Shown here: positions 62,723 through 64,000 of the stretch, piece by piece | How the letters are laid out: each line of letters begins with the position of its first letter | How positions within the stretch are numbered: position 1 is the stretch's first letter | Source of the DNA: an uncultured Phycisphaerales bacterium | GTDB lineage: Bacteria > Planctomycetota > Phycisphaerae > Tepidisphaerales > Tepidisphaeraceae | Direction of reading: 5' to 3' | Length of the DNA stretch: 64,000 bases | Assembly (NCBI GenBank): GCA_963755915.1 | Contig: CAVWLP010000003.1 | Location: forward strand, 768,001-832,000 | Translations under genes and position numbers: made by a program | Notes under the pieces: model-generated | What the model was told of the DNA's origin: nothing | Database searches by the model: none | What the model saw: only the letters and a program-made list of their open reading frames with translations

Positions 62723-63711
62723 ACCTGCTGGTTATCATCGTCAATTATCGGACGCCGGACCTCACCTTGAATTGTCTGTCGTCCCTCGCGCCGCAGATCG
62801 GCGACGTGCCGGAAACGGAAGTCATCATCGTCGACAACGCGTCCGGTGACGAATCGGTCCCCTATCTCACGGCCGCGATCAAGAAAAATAAGTGGGAAAG
62901 CTGGATCACGCTCCTGGCGTCGAAGCAGAATCTGGGATTTGCCGGCGGCAACAACCGCGCTATGGACAAACTCCTCGATCATCCCGAATGCAAATACCTT
63001 TTGATGCTTAACAGCGACACGATCGTCCGTCCCGGCGTTTTGAAGCATTGCTACGAGAAGATGAACGACGACACCCGCATCGGGATCATGAGTTGCATGC
63101 TGCTGAATTCCGATGAGACGGTGCAGAACACCGCGCGGCGGTTGCCCACGCCCTGGCGGATGGCGGCGATCAGCTTCGGGCTGCCATGGGTCTGGCCCAA
63201 GGCGTTCGCCTGGGCGGAACTGGACGACCTGGGCTGGGACCGGCGCAAAGAGTCGCGCGAAGTGGAATGGGTCGGCGGCGCGTTCATGTTTGTGCGGCGG
63301 AAAGTGATCGACAAGCTCGGCGGGCTGGACACCCGATTTTTCTTCTACGGCGAAGACGTGGAATTCTGCCGGCGGGCGCGAAAGCACGAATGGATCGTCT
63401 GGTATGACCCTGCCGTTGCGGTGGTACATCTGGCCGGGCAATCGAGCGATCCCACGCGTCTGGCCCCCAAGGACCGCGACGCCATGAAATGGCAGGCGCG
63501 ATATCTCATCCAGCGGAGCTGCTACGGTCTAGCGGCGGAGATTTTCCTGCGGACAGCGGACATTGCCAGCTCGGGCTTGCGGTTTCTCAAGCTGCTGTTT
63601 CTGCGGCGAAGCGATTCACCGGAATACGCGGCGCAAAAAGGGATCCTGACGATGCTGCTGCACTGGCCCTCCACGTCTGATCGGGAAGCACTGCCCGCGG
63701 GCAGAAGGTAA
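62719..63711 (+). CDS. GT2 glycosyltransferase
   Basis: IIVNY, VDNAS, NLGFAGGNN, LNSD, FYGEDVEFC. Confidence 0.93.
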   Translation: MNLLVIIVNYRTPDLTLNCLSSLAPQIGDVPETEVIIVDNASGDESVPYLTAAIKKNKWESWITLLASKQNLGFAGGNNRAMDKLLDHPECKYLLMLNSDTIVRPGVLKHCYEKMNDDTRIGIMSCMLLNSDETVQNTARRLPTPWRMAAISFGLPWVWPKAFAWAELDDLGWDRRKESREVEWVGGAFMFVRRKVIDKLGGLDTRFFFYGEDVEFCRRARKHEWIVWYDPAVAVVHLAGQSSDPTRLAPKDRDAMKWQARYLIQRSCYGLAAEIFLRTADIASSGLRFLKLLFLRRSDSPEYAAQKGILTMLLHWPSTSDREALPAGRR

Positions 63712-63720
63712 GGCACGCCT

Positions 63721-64000
63721 ATGCCGCGCCGACTTCGCATCGCCTTCGCGCTGCCGGGGATGCACAAGGTAGTGCGCGGAGCGGAAACCGCGTTTGAAGA
63801 GATCGCCCGCCGGCTCGGGGCGATGGGGCACGAGGTTACCGTATTCGGATGCGGGGAAGAGGCGCGGGGGAGCCGTATCAGTTCAATCACGTCAATTGCG
63901 TTGCGCGGGAACGGTTCGAAGGCTGGCCGAGGCTGCCGCTGGTTCGCACGAATTATGCCTGGGAGGAGCTGACGTTTGCGGCGGGATTGGCGCGGCAGTT
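63721..64000 (+). CDS. GT4 glycosyltransferase, N-terminal part (runs off the window)
   Basis: LRIAFAL...RGAETAF...GHEVTVF. Confidence 0.75.

Noticed and set aside
1-64000. tRNA, rRNA, prophage or defence-system genes
   Set aside because: None were recognised by eye; the Uma2 and HicB genes are isolated and do not form a system.

Overview
GC-rich bacterial chromosomal segment, most consistent with a Planctomycetota (Phycisphaerae-like) genome; this is an inference from the many PEP-CTERM proteins and the gene content. It carries housekeeping genes (fabF end, gdhA, rplM-rpsI, prmC, korAB, polA, coaE, rho), six PEP-CTERM genes or remnants, two ABC transporter operons, carbohydrate-active enzymes (GH16, CE7, GH39, GH29) and the start of a wzm/wzt polysaccharide cluster. 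Many genes, including essential ones, have single-base frameshifts, which are most likely long-read consensus errors. The main interest lies in mobile and non-coding DNA. (1) A superfamily of exactly 24-nt palindromic mini-elements is inserted in REP loops, in frame in IS21 genes (including a 5x tandem array), and one copy is itself interrupted by a 30-nt palindrome. (2) A structured motif of about 80-105 nt occurs three times: once as an apparent stand-alone sRNA and once at the 3' end of each of two unrelated IS elements (IS21 and IS110). (3) An intact IS1111-type IS110 element has a bridge-RNA target loop that can be read from the sequence and matches its palindromic insertion site. (4) A 162-bp MITE with a TTA duplication splits a gene. 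(5) A Clp N-terminal domain is fused to a cytochrome P450.
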